Below are positions 1 through 7,384 of a stretch of DNA of 64,000 nt, piece after piece. The notes under the pieces are model-generated. The model saw only the letters and a list, made by a program, of their open reading frames with translations. It ran no database searches and was not told the origin of the DNA. This stretch comes from a virus (Duplodnaviria; Caudoviricetes): positions 113,420 through 177,419 of IMG/VR virus record IMGVR_UViG_3300020399_000132; one strand, written 5' to 3'. The translations under genes were made by a program, and so were the position numbers. Positions within the stretch are counted from its first letter, which is position 1, and each line of letters starts with the position of its first letter.

Positions 1-197
1 CTAATAGGCTTATTAACGCATATACGATCGCGCTTCATCATTCGCTCTACATAATTATCTGGTATATCTTCTAACGTCGAACGACGCTGATAGAGAGGTT
101 CTTTAATTCCATAATTACGACCTTTTCGACCTATAATAGGATCAATAGGTTCATCTTCTTCCTGTTCAAAATAACATCCCGCACTAATTTTTATCAT
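1..197 (-). CDS. hypothetical protein, partial (runs off left edge)
   Basis: ATG at 197, open to window edge (MIKISAGCYFEQEEDEPIDPIIGRKGRNYGIKEPLYQRRS...); directly behind a consensus promoter; not in ORF track. Confidence 0.6.
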   Translation of the reverse strand, partial: MIKISAGCYFEQEEDEPIDPIIGRKGRNYGIKEPLYQRRSTLEDIPDNYVERMMKRDRICVNKPI

Positions 198-203
198 AAT
201 TAT

Positions 204-232
204 ATTATAGTATATTTTGATTCAAATGTCAA
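204..232 (-). promoter_or_regulatory. sigma70-type early promoter TTGACA-N17-TATAAT
   Basis: minus-strand TTGACA at 232-227, 17-nt spacer, TATAAT at 209-204; exact consensus. Confidence 0.85.
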
Positions 233-375
233 CTGGTTTATTTTCGTGAATATCATCAAAGTCAGTCTCAAATCTCCTCCGCCAATAGTCCTTACATTCT
301 TGAGAAATCTCTATCATTTTATCGCCACACTCTCGTGTTTCCTTCTCATACTTTTCATCTTCTTCTGTTGTCATT

Positions 376-1287
376 TTAGTTAACCTGTTGTTCCCAACCC
401 TGTTGATCATGATGTTGAGCTAATCTCCATTTAAAATATTCATGGGAGGTGATAGGTGAGTGCTTATCTGGTTCATCTGTAAAATTTTTGATCAATGCAT
501 CTTTACCTGGATCGACAAAGTAAGGCATTGTATAGCGAGATTTTGTATGATCTCTATTAATGACTCTATGATTGGTTGATTTCAACGTATCGTTAGACCA
601 TCTTTGAAACATGTCTGCTACATTCAATACTATAGAGTTTTCTACTATGGGAGCTTCAATCCATTCTCCTGTTTCTCTATCCTCAACCTGAAGACCTCCT
701 ACATCGTCGAATCGCCAGAGTAGTGTAATGGAACCGTAATCTGTATGTTCTCCGCCTCTATAGGTTTGTGGTCCGCGAACTACTCTAGGTGCAACAGCTG
801 GATAATGAATCATTCTCATATTGACAGAGCCGTCTACGTGCTTATCTATTAAATATTTTTTTTTGAGTTTGAACATGCTCTCGAACTTGTCGAAAAACTG
901 ATGAGAGAGTTGTTGAGAGATCTGAAGAATCTGTTGAGCTAACGATTTGAGCTCTGAAATCTCCGTCGGCCAGTACTGCTCTTGCATTCTTGTTGAATCA
1001 ATCCAGTTATAGGACTCTTTCATATCACCTGGTCGACTCTGAATATAACCCATCTCTCCCCAGCCAGCGCGGCACGTTGCTGAGCCTTTTACTCCGCTAT
1101 ATTCGTATTTCTTTTTCGCATCTAATGGTAGTTGGAAGAACTCCTCCATGAGTTGCTTCCAGTCTTGAAATTCTGATAGCCACTCATTATAAACATTGGT
1201 GAAGACAGCGAACCCACAGGTAGTATATGCTCTGTGCATTTCTTCTATGCAAGTTTTACTTCTGAAATCAATTATTGGGATGGCCAT
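376..1287 (-). CDS. 2OG-Fe(II) oxygenase, isopenicillin N synthase/DIOX family
   Basis: IPIIDF N-terminus, GFAVF, HTDYGSITLL (HxD), STNHRV, RYT; likely start MAIPIIDF at 1287. Confidence 0.9.
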   Translation of the reverse strand: MAIPIIDFRSKTCIEEMHRAYTTCGFAVFTNVYNEWLSEFQDWKQLMEEFFQLPLDAKKKYEYSGVKGSATCRAGWGEMGYIQSRPGDMKESYNWIDSTRMQEQYWPTEISELKSLAQQILQISQQLSHQFFDKFESMFKLKKKYLIDKHVDGSVNMRMIHYPAVAPRVVRGPQTYRGGEHTDYGSITLLWRFDDVGGLQVEDRETGEWIEAPIVENSIVLNVADMFQRWSNDTLKSTNHRVINRDHTKSRYTMPYFVDPGKDALIKNFTDEPDKHSPITSHEYFKWRLAQHHDQQGWEQQVN

Positions 1288-1583
1288 TTTTGTTCGAACC
1301 AAGCCTCGTCAGGGAATTTCTTTCCAATCAAAGGGTCATTATTAGTCTTTTTTAACATGTTGATTGTATCTTTTCTTTGATGCTCTGGCAGTTCTTGAAT
1401 CATACGTTTAACTGTGCCCCACTTTTCATTCAATGCATGTCTTTGTAGTATCTGTAGCATTTCGTGCTGCTGAAGATGTTCTGGATGTTTCACCTGACCA
1501 TCTGGATGAGGACTAGTGATATGACCTATTTCCTTATCTGCTAGTCTCTTCTCTGTAGCGTTTTCAAAATTGTATTTGTGCAT
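1272..1583 (-). CDS. hypothetical protein
   Basis: 103-aa ORF tightly packed with neighbours. Confidence 0.6.
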   Translation of the reverse strand: MHKYNFENATEKRLADKEIGHITSPHPDGQVKHPEHLQQHEMLQILQRHALNEKWGTVKRMIQELPEHQRKDTINMLKKTNNDPLIGKKFPDEAWFEQKWPSQ

Positions 1584-1591
1584 AGGTAACT

Positions 1592-1993
1592 CTAAATTGC
1601 TGCTGTTAGACGTTCGACGAACTTTACGTGTTCTTTTGGTCGCTTGCCTTTATATTGAAAAGTATATGTTCGCTTCTCTAAATCATCTAAAACCATCTGT
1701 AACTGCTCTTTACTAAAATCATTTATCTCATCACTCACATCTTCTAAGACATAGTAAATCTCATGTTCAGCTTCATGCAGCCATCCATCAAGAGCTTCCC
1801 GATAGATTATCTTATTACTATTACTCGCAGACATTATAGACATCCGCAACCAATTTTTAATTCTATTAATATTATCGTAAGCATTAAACTCAAATAACCA
1901 ATCATGCATAAAATCGACTTTCTCCTGAACGTCTTTTATACGCTTCGCTCTTACTCTAGCTACCTGCCAACTAATATTCCAATTTGTTTTCAT
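1592..1993 (-). CDS. hypothetical protein (early, probably leaderless)
   Basis: ORF-track start (2029) lies inside the promoter; likely start MKTNWN at 1993. Confidence 0.65.
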   Translation of the reverse strand: MKTNWNISWQVARVRAKRIKDVQEKVDFMHDWLFEFNAYDNINRIKNWLRMSIMSASNSNKIIYREALDGWLHEAEHEIYYVLEDVSDEINDFSKEQLQMVLDDLEKRTYTFQYKGKRPKEHVKFVERLTAAI

Positions 1994-2000
1994 AATATAT

Positions 2001-2029
2001 ATTATACTACAATATAGAAAACAAGTCAA
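2001..2029 (-). promoter_or_regulatory. sigma70-type promoter TTGACT-N17-TATAAT
   Basis: TTGACT 2029-2024, 17-nt spacer, TATAAT 2006-2001. Confidence 0.8.
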
Positions 2030-2036
2030 GTTAATT

Positions 2037-2198
2037 TTACAACATTAACCACACGAGTTCTTCTTTAAACACAATCATAGATATTATCACACTGAATGCG
2101 ATCACTAGAGCAACTCGTGTCTCGAAATCTCCCTGTGGCGACTCGTAATTCATCTCTGAATGTATCGGATATCCCCACTGGTCGTATTCGACTTTCAT
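2037..2198 (-). CDS. small membrane protein (53 aa)
   Basis: MKVEYDQWGYPIHSEMNYESPQGDFETRVALVIAFSVIISMIVFKEELVWLML; ATGA overlap with upstream stop; below ORF-track cutoff. Confidence 0.6.
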   Translation of the reverse strand: MKVEYDQWGYPIHSEMNYESPQGDFETRVALVIAFSVIISMIVFKEELVWLML

Positions 2199-2380
2199 TT
2201 CTTCTTCTTAGTTTTCTTTTTAACAAGACCTTTTGCTTTCTTAGCGGTCTTCTTAACCTTTTTTGCTGTGTCCACAACTTTTTCTGCTGTGTCTACGGCG
2301 CTCTTAGTTTCTTCAATAATCTCTTTATGATTACCCATCAGCGTTTGTGCATGATGCTTCAATTTACTCAAAAATCCCAT
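2195..2380 (-). CDS. small Lys-rich basic protein (histone H1-like tail)
   Basis: KKVKKTAKKAKGLVKKKTKKKK C-terminus; amphipathic GFLSKLK N-terminus. Confidence 0.6.
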   Translation of the reverse strand: MGFLSKLKHHAQTLMGNHKEIIEETKSAVDTAEKVVDTAKKVKKTAKKAKGLVKKKTKKKK

Positions 2381-2433
2381 ATTTACCTTTCATTATGAGT
2401 TTGTTTTTTAACCACCTAGGGCCGGGGTGGCTT

Positions 2434-2952
2434 TCATATTTCGATTCCGGCATCGAACTTTATGTGTTCTACTTCTTTCATCCCTATTCCTTTTATGCGA
2501 TAGGCTTTACCGAAGCCCTTTATATAAGTTCCACGCATAGGAAGAAAACGAAACATCTTAAAGTCATCTAAGGACACTAAAGTATTTATTATATCTCCAA
2601 ATTTTGCAGTAAATCGGGATACCAAATCATCCCAGAGTAAATGACCGGCTCCCATTTCTCTAGTTATTTGTAATGTGTTGCAATAAAAATTAAGGCGTGT
2701 TCTAACATATATTTGTTCACATTGTTCTTCAGACTCAATGAACATCAATGATGTATTACGTTGTGCGAGTAATGCTTCGGTGCGTTTTGAAAGGGTACTT
2801 ACAAGAACGTAAATGTTCTTATTTTCATCTACTATACAAGGCGAGTAACTTATCTCTGGTGTCATTCCACCTCGAAACTCATTCAATGTTGAGATGTAGA
2901 CACTTTTTGCGGCATTCATGAATTCAACGTATTCATCATAAATCTTTTTCAT
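2434..2952 (-). CDS. HugZ/HutZ-like pyridoxamine-5'-phosphate oxidase-fold (heme utilisation) protein
   Basis: SYSPC...IYVLVSTLSKRT...SLMFIESE...RL...DFKMFRFLP...YIKGFGKAY pattern of HutZ/HugZ. Confidence 0.75.
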   Translation of the reverse strand: MKKIYDEYVEFMNAAKSVYISTLNEFRGGMTPEISYSPCIVDENKNIYVLVSTLSKRTEALLAQRNTSLMFIESEEQCEQIYVRTRLNFYCNTLQITREMGAGHLLWDDLVSRFTAKFGDIINTLVSLDDFKMFRFLPMRGTYIKGFGKAYRIKGIGMKEVEHIKFDAGIEI

Positions 2953-2967
2953 AATATATTTTATGTT

Positions 2968-3210
2968 TTATTTTTTTGGTTCGTCTGGAAGGTATCGTCT
3001 ACTCTTTTTAAGGATCCTATCTTTTCTCTTCTTTTTTTCTTTTTGCTTCTCTTTTTCCTTATCTGTTAGAGCTAGCATAGGAGGACTCTCTTGAGTATCT
3101 GAATACGTTGGTCTAACAGCAGCGGCAAATGATGTAGTTGAAAGCTTTTCAGTGGGGTTGAGATGAGGATGAGCTTCGAAGAATGCTCCAAATTCTTTAA
3201 ATGTTTTCAT
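2968..3210 (-). CDS. putative internal head protein
   Basis: N-terminal MKTFKEF matches T4 internal-protein capsid-targeting sequence; basic C-terminus. Confidence 0.6.
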   Translation of the reverse strand: MKTFKEFGAFFEAHPHLNPTEKLSTTSFAAAVRPTYSDTQESPPMLALTDKEKEKQKEKKKRKDRILKKSRRYLPDEPKK

Positions 3211-3225
3211 ATTACATGGACATTT

Positions 3226-3702
3226 CTACTTTAATTTTTTAGGTGGGTGCTTGTGAGTTTGTTCTCTTGTTATTGTAACTTCTGATGCTTCCAGAACCAC
3301 GTTGGATCCAATTTGTGAAGCAGGAGGTGGAATAACTACATATTGTTCTATGTTGCCCCTTTTATCTAAGCTATGGCTAACTACTACTAATTCTTCCTCA
3401 CCCAAACTTGAGTGTCGAACATGAGTAGCTCAATTATGTTCCAGAGCTTTTTCAGAGATTGTGTCTAATTTATCAGCTATCCACGTATAGGGGTCACCAT
3501 CGCGAGCTTTTGCTACTCCGTATGGCATATCTGTCTGCCAGTGATTCATTAATGCATCATATAACTTTGGCAAATCTAGTAAATCTTCTTTACCATCTTT
3601 AAATGCTTTGTAATCTTTAGCATGTGCTTTGAGAATATTTTGGAGTTCTCGATCCATGCGTAATTCTTGTTCATCAATTACATGCTCTATGAATGTCTTC
3701 AT
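3226..3702 (-). CDS. putative internal head protein with in-frame UGA (candidate selenoprotein, 158 aa)
   Basis: MKTFIEH capsid-targeting-like start; TGA at 3432-3430 followed in frame by 67 sense codons to TAG at 3228-3226; SECIS-like hairpin directly after the TGA. Confidence 0.7.
3383..3429 (-). promoter_or_regulatory. candidate bacterial SECIS element
   Basis: GCUACU-CAUG-UUC-GA-CACUCA-[AGUU]-UGGGUG-AG-GAA-GAAUU-AGUAGU; apical loop with G at position 2 followed by U, 21 nt after the UGA. Confidence 0.6.
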
Positions 3703-5984
3703 CCGGTTAATTTCCTTTTCTTATTCCATACTCCGAGAAAACCACCCTTATAATATATGTGTGGTTCTCCACCCTTTTTGAATGACTTCGCTAGGGTCTT
3801 TTCAGCTTTTACAACATCTTTTTTATCTACCCATAGCTTACCATCTTCCCAATAGCTTTTAATACCAGCGTCATCTAATGCCATATTAGCTTGGAGCTTA
3901 TTACTCTCGTCAATTTTCTTTTTAGCTGCTCTATCGAATTTAAATGCTTGATAATCTTTCTTAGCTGCTTGGTAATCTGCGCGTTTCGATTTAAGATTTT
4001 GTCCTGGTGGTTGACTAGTGTCTCCAACCCTTGAAGCGGCTCGATCTGATACAGCTCTTTGTTGCCCAGCTTTCTTTTTAGCTGCTTGTCCTGCGCGTTG
4101 TAACAGGTCTTTCGAAAGTTCGTTAACGGAATTGGTTTTATCGCGGCTTTTAGCAAGAAACAGTTTGTCCCGCGTTTTCTTCTGACTGCCTACCGACCTG
4201 GCCATCATCTCATTTTTACTTGTTACCTTCTCCACTGCTTTCTTAGCTATGTGCTTTATTGCTTTTCTAGCAATGAACGCACCAACTGGTCCGAGTTCCT
4301 TAACCTCAACTTCGTCATAAAAAGTACCTCTGGTAGCTTGCTTTCCTGGATTTCTCCGCTTCTCTCTTCCGACTGTAGTTCTAAACAGACTTTTGGAAAT
4401 TGGACCATCCGGTTGTTTTTCAACTTTTCCACCTTTCTTTTTAAAAGCAGCGATTTTGTCAGCGTAATCGCTTTCTTTTTCATCAATAACATCTTCCTTT
4501 TTAAAAGCTGTATCCCGTTGCTTGACATCGACGGCCGCACTGAATTTTCCGGCTTGTTTCTCTCTCTTTGCTGCCTTTTTGCCTGCTTCGTCAGCACCAA
4601 AAGCATGTCCTTTACCTTTCACTCTCGTCGCCCAATCTTGTGCGTCTCTTTGTGTTGCGGCATCCTTCTTTGCTGCGCCGGCTGCGCGGTTTAATAGTCC
4701 AGTTGAGATTTCATCAACAACTTCTCCTGCTCTTGCCTTTTTAAGCTTAGCTAGAGTTTCTGGAGTGGTAGGAACTGCTCTAGCCTTCTTCCTCATCTCT
4801 GATTCTTTTCTTTTATGATCATACATATCTATGCCGGATGAATCAACTTCATTAACTTTATCTCTTAACTCAGCGAAAGTCTTCTTATTACCTTCAACAT
4901 AACCAGTATACTTATCTTTCTTAGGATTCTGATTTGGGTAACCGTGTTTCTTTACTGATTCTCTCTTCTTTATTGTGCCGACATATTCATCTACCATTTT
5001 TCCATCCTTGTAATGAGCGGCATGTTTATGATCACCGCCGCCTTTACGAATCTTATCTAATTTTTTATCATCCTGATATCTACTTGAACTATAATTTTGA
5101 CCAGTTTTTGTATTTTTAATACTATACTGCGGTCTTTTTAAACTTTTTATTAACTCTAGTGCATTTTTGTCTTCATCAACTTCTACTTCTTCATTTGTCC
5201 GGAATCCAGCTTGTACTGGATTATCTATTGTACCAAAAACATATTGATGCAAATCTTTAGGTACAATCTTTTTGGCTTTTGCTTCCATATCTCTTTGAAC
5301 ATATATTCTGTCTCCAAAATACATAGAGTTACCATACTTTGCTGGTATACCTTTTTTCTTTAAAAGTGCGATTGCTTTCTCAGAATCTTTTTTAATTTCT
5401 GGATGCTTCCTACCTTTAGGATCGGGTTTTGACTTGTCTCTGCTGTCTTCAACAATTTCTACTTCTTCTAATACACGTTTTAAAGTAGTTTTCTCTCTTT
5501 TTGTTAATCCACCAATGCCATCAACCCATGCATCTTTGTCTGCCGTAGAAGTTTTATCGCCCATTTTCATCTTGAATTTTTTAACATAGTCATTCAGATT
5601 TGCTTCATCGATGTAGAACTCTTCTTTAGCAAGTAAAACTGCTATCTTCTTTAGATTTTCTCTTTCTGATTTGCTAAGCATTTTTAATGCTCTATCATTA
5701 GCTATTTTCTCAAGAGATTTGGCATATTCTTTTGTAGATTCATCAACATCTACACCCCTTATCCTGTTAAAAAATTTTTGATACGTTTCTTTATGGGTAA
5801 GGCCTAACTTCTGTAGTCTTTTCTTTTTCTCATCCGTATCTGTTAGCGCTTTGGATCTTATGTCTGGCCGATCAGGCTTCACTTGACCCATAGAATCTGG
5901 TTTACACTGCGACGCCAGAGCAGACGTTTTGGACAATCCAGGAGTGTCGCAAAATGCAGGTCTCTCTTGGAGGTTTTCTGACAT
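3699..5984 (-). CDS. large Lys/Glu-rich putative internal head (ejection) protein
   Basis: 761 aa; recurrent V/I-D/N-E and EEVE junctions resembling gp21 cleavage sites; repeated E(I/L)SxxLLxRAxxAAKK units; near-consensus late promoter AATAAATA at 6028-6021. Confidence 0.6.
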   Translation of the reverse strand: MSENLQERPAFCDTPGLSKTSALASQCKPDSMGQVKPDRPDIRSKALTDTDEKKKRLQKLGLTHKETYQKFFNRIRGVDVDESTKEYAKSLEKIANDRALKMLSKSERENLKKIAVLLAKEEFYIDEANLNDYVKKFKMKMGDKTSTADKDAWVDGIGGLTKREKTTLKRVLEEVEIVEDSRDKSKPDPKGRKHPEIKKDSEKAIALLKKKGIPAKYGNSMYFGDRIYVQRDMEAKAKKIVPKDLHQYVFGTIDNPVQAGFRTNEEVEVDEDKNALELIKSLKRPQYSIKNTKTGQNYSSSRYQDDKKLDKIRKGGGDHKHAAHYKDGKMVDEYVGTIKKRESVKKHGYPNQNPKKDKYTGYVEGNKKTFAELRDKVNEVDSSGIDMYDHKRKESEMRKKARAVPTTPETLAKLKKARAGEVVDEISTGLLNRAAGAAKKDAATQRDAQDWATRVKGKGHAFGADEAGKKAAKREKQAGKFSAAVDVKQRDTAFKKEDVIDEKESDYADKIAAFKKKGGKVEKQPDGPISKSLFRTTVGREKRRNPGKQATRGTFYDEVEVKELGPVGAFIARKAIKHIAKKAVEKVTSKNEMMARSVGSQKKTRDKLFLAKSRDKTNSVNELSKDLLQRAGQAAKKKAGQQRAVSDRAASRVGDTSQPPGQNLKSKRADYQAAKKDYQAFKFDRAAKKKIDESNKLQANMALDDAGIKSYWEDGKLWVDKKDVVKAEKTLAKSFKKGGEPHIYYKGGFLGVWNKKRKLTG

Positions 5985-6033
5985 AGTTTCCTTCTAGAAA
6001 AGTTTATGTTATATCTCTTCTATTTATTATAAT

Positions 6034-6180
6034 TCAGTCCGCAGCACTCATTTGTCGATAATATGAGTGTCGTTTGCGTCCTTTAGAATTCCCTAACCAT
6101 CTGTAGTAGGTACACATCGTACATTTAGGGCTTTTTTTTCGCCAACCTTTTCGCTTCCTCTTGCCCACTTTCTTATTCAA
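6034..6180 (-). CDS. small basic CxxC protein (48 aa, TTG start)
   Basis: MNKKVGKRKRKGWRKKSPKCTMCTYYRWLGNSKGRKRHSYYRQMSAAD; TTGA overlap with upstream stop. Confidence 0.5.
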   Translation of the reverse strand: MNKKVGKRKRKGWRKKSPKCTMCTYYRWLGNSKGRKRHSYYRQMSAAD

Positions 6181-6350
6181 ATCCCCGCCACTGGTTCTTC
6201 TTCGACCAGCAACTGAGGTTCTTCTTGGCGTGCTCTCATTTCTTCTCCGATTCCCTCTCTAAATTTGATTTCTGCTTGTAATTTACCGAGTAAACCCCTC
6301 ATTTCTGAGGTTGACATATTTTTAATATCTATTACGCTCCAGTTTTCCAT
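6177..6350 (-). CDS. hypothetical protein (57 aa)
   Basis: MENWSVIDIKNMSTSEMRGLLGKLQAEIKFREG...; fills gap, AGGA upstream. Confidence 0.55.
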   Translation of the reverse strand: MENWSVIDIKNMSTSEMRGLLGKLQAEIKFREGIGEEMRARQEEPQLLVEEEPVAGI

Positions 6351-6361
6351 TATTATATCCT

Positions 6362-6586
6362 CTAGTCATTTGTTAAAGTTGGCTCGCCTCTATCATAAAA
6401 TTTCCAGCCCATAAAACAAGGCATCTGTTTTCTTTTACCATAAGCTCTATCTGTGTATACTTTGCCACTATCTTCACATACTGCAAAAAAAGGTGTCATT
6501 CCATCTGGCCAATTATTGCTCTTTGATGAACAAGATGTTCCTATTGTTATTAAAAATATTATTGATAATATTAGTTTCCATTTCAT
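6362..6586 (-). CDS. small lipoprotein
   Basis: MKWK + hydrophobic stretch + lipobox-like GTSC. Confidence 0.65.
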   Translation of the reverse strand: MKWKLILSIIFLITIGTSCSSKSNNWPDGMTPFFAVCEDSGKVYTDRAYGKRKQMPCFMGWKFYDRGEPTLTND

Positions 6587-7002
6587 CCGTATATTCCCTC
6601 TTGATAAATTGGGCTCGACTCATGAGCTGAAGTCGATTGAGTTATTGTTTTAATCTCTACTGCCCTATCCAAGAGCATGTGCTCGATCTTAATGGGTTCC
6701 ATCTCCATAAATTCCACTAGAACTTCATTTGAAGAAAATTCTGCACATGAATATACATCACATTGCACTAATGCCGGAGATGTTTCATCCCAGATATGTA
6801 TTGCTATGTGACTTGTTTCTATCATTACTACTGCTGTTATACCACGATTACCTTCCTCGGACACATATGCAGCATATGGGCCCTTGATAATTTTCATCTC
6901 TATTTTGTTTACTAAATTTCGAAGCCATTTTTTAATTTCTTTTTCACCCGTCATCGGGTTATTCACTTCAGCCCTAATAATCAAATGCTTATGTTCAGGC
7001 AT
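6583..7002 (-). CDS. speD: S-adenosylmethionine decarboxylase family proenzyme (pyruvoyl-dependent)
   Basis: HKHLII...GITAVVMIETSHIAIHIWDE...DVYSC; likely start MPEHKH at 7002 after AGGAGAGAGAGG. Confidence 0.85.
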   Translation of the reverse strand: MPEHKHLIIRAEVNNPMTGEKEIKKWLRNLVNKIEMKIIKGPYAAYVSEEGNRGITAVVMIETSHIAIHIWDETSPALVQCDVYSCAEFSSNEVLVEFMEMEPIKIEHMLLDRAVEIKTITQSTSAHESSPIYQEGIYG

Positions 7003-7024
7003 CCTCTCTCTCCTGTTATAAATG

Positions 7025-7063
7025 CTGAGGGCGTGTCGTCGGAACGACACTCCGAGCCCCCAA
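7025..7063 (-). promoter_or_regulatory. GC-rich bulged hairpin in speD leader
   Basis: UUGGGGGC-UCGGA-GUGUCGU-[UCCG]-ACGACAC-GCCCUCAG; 8+7 bp stem including two G-U pairs. Confidence 0.6.
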
Positions 7064-7067
7064 TAAA

Positions 7068-7364
7068 TTAATTACATTTATATAACGTATAACTCCAAGT
7101 AAGTTCTTCTCCGGATTTAATGTCTCTTGAAGCACCGATCCACCAAGTTTTAGGATCCATCAAAAGTTTGAAACAATTAGGATCATCAGAGTGATTACCA
7201 AATCCTCCTAGAGGAGTTCTAATGAATCCGTTTTCAGAGTTTTCATTTGCATGATGGGTAACTCCAATTATTGTGTGTGCTGCAATATTTTCTGTTGCGA
7301 AAAGTCCTAGTCCGGAGACAGGAGATTCTTTAATTGTTATATAGTGGGGTAATGGTTTATACAT
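7068..7364 (-). CDS. SET-domain protein (putative lysine methyltransferase)
   Basis: SPVSGLGLFATENI...GNHSDDPNC...ASRDIKSGEELTWSY; likely start MYKPLP at 7364. Confidence 0.9.
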   Translation of the reverse strand: MYKPLPHYITIKESPVSGLGLFATENIAAHTIIGVTHHANENSENGFIRTPLGGFGNHSDDPNCFKLLMDPKTWWIGASRDIKSGEELTWSYTLYKCN

Positions 7365-7372
7365 ATTATCTT

Positions 7373-7380
7373 TATTTATA
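7373..7380 (-). promoter_or_regulatory. T4-type late promoter TATAAATA
   Basis: exact TATAAATA 8 nt upstream of the SET gene ATG. Confidence 0.7.
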
Positions 7381-7384
7381 TTTC

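Noticed and set aside
2051-2120. 9-bp inverted repeat acacgagtt/aactcgtgt suggesting an ncRNA
   Set aside because: Lies inside a plausible 53-aa membrane-protein ORF (2037..2198); long unstructured loop
2409-2436. TGA of the HutZ-like gene followed by a GCCACC/GGTGGT hairpin
   Set aside because: Read-through would add only 5 residues before TAG; the loop is only 8 nt from the UGA; no U-tract on the coding strand, so not called a terminator either
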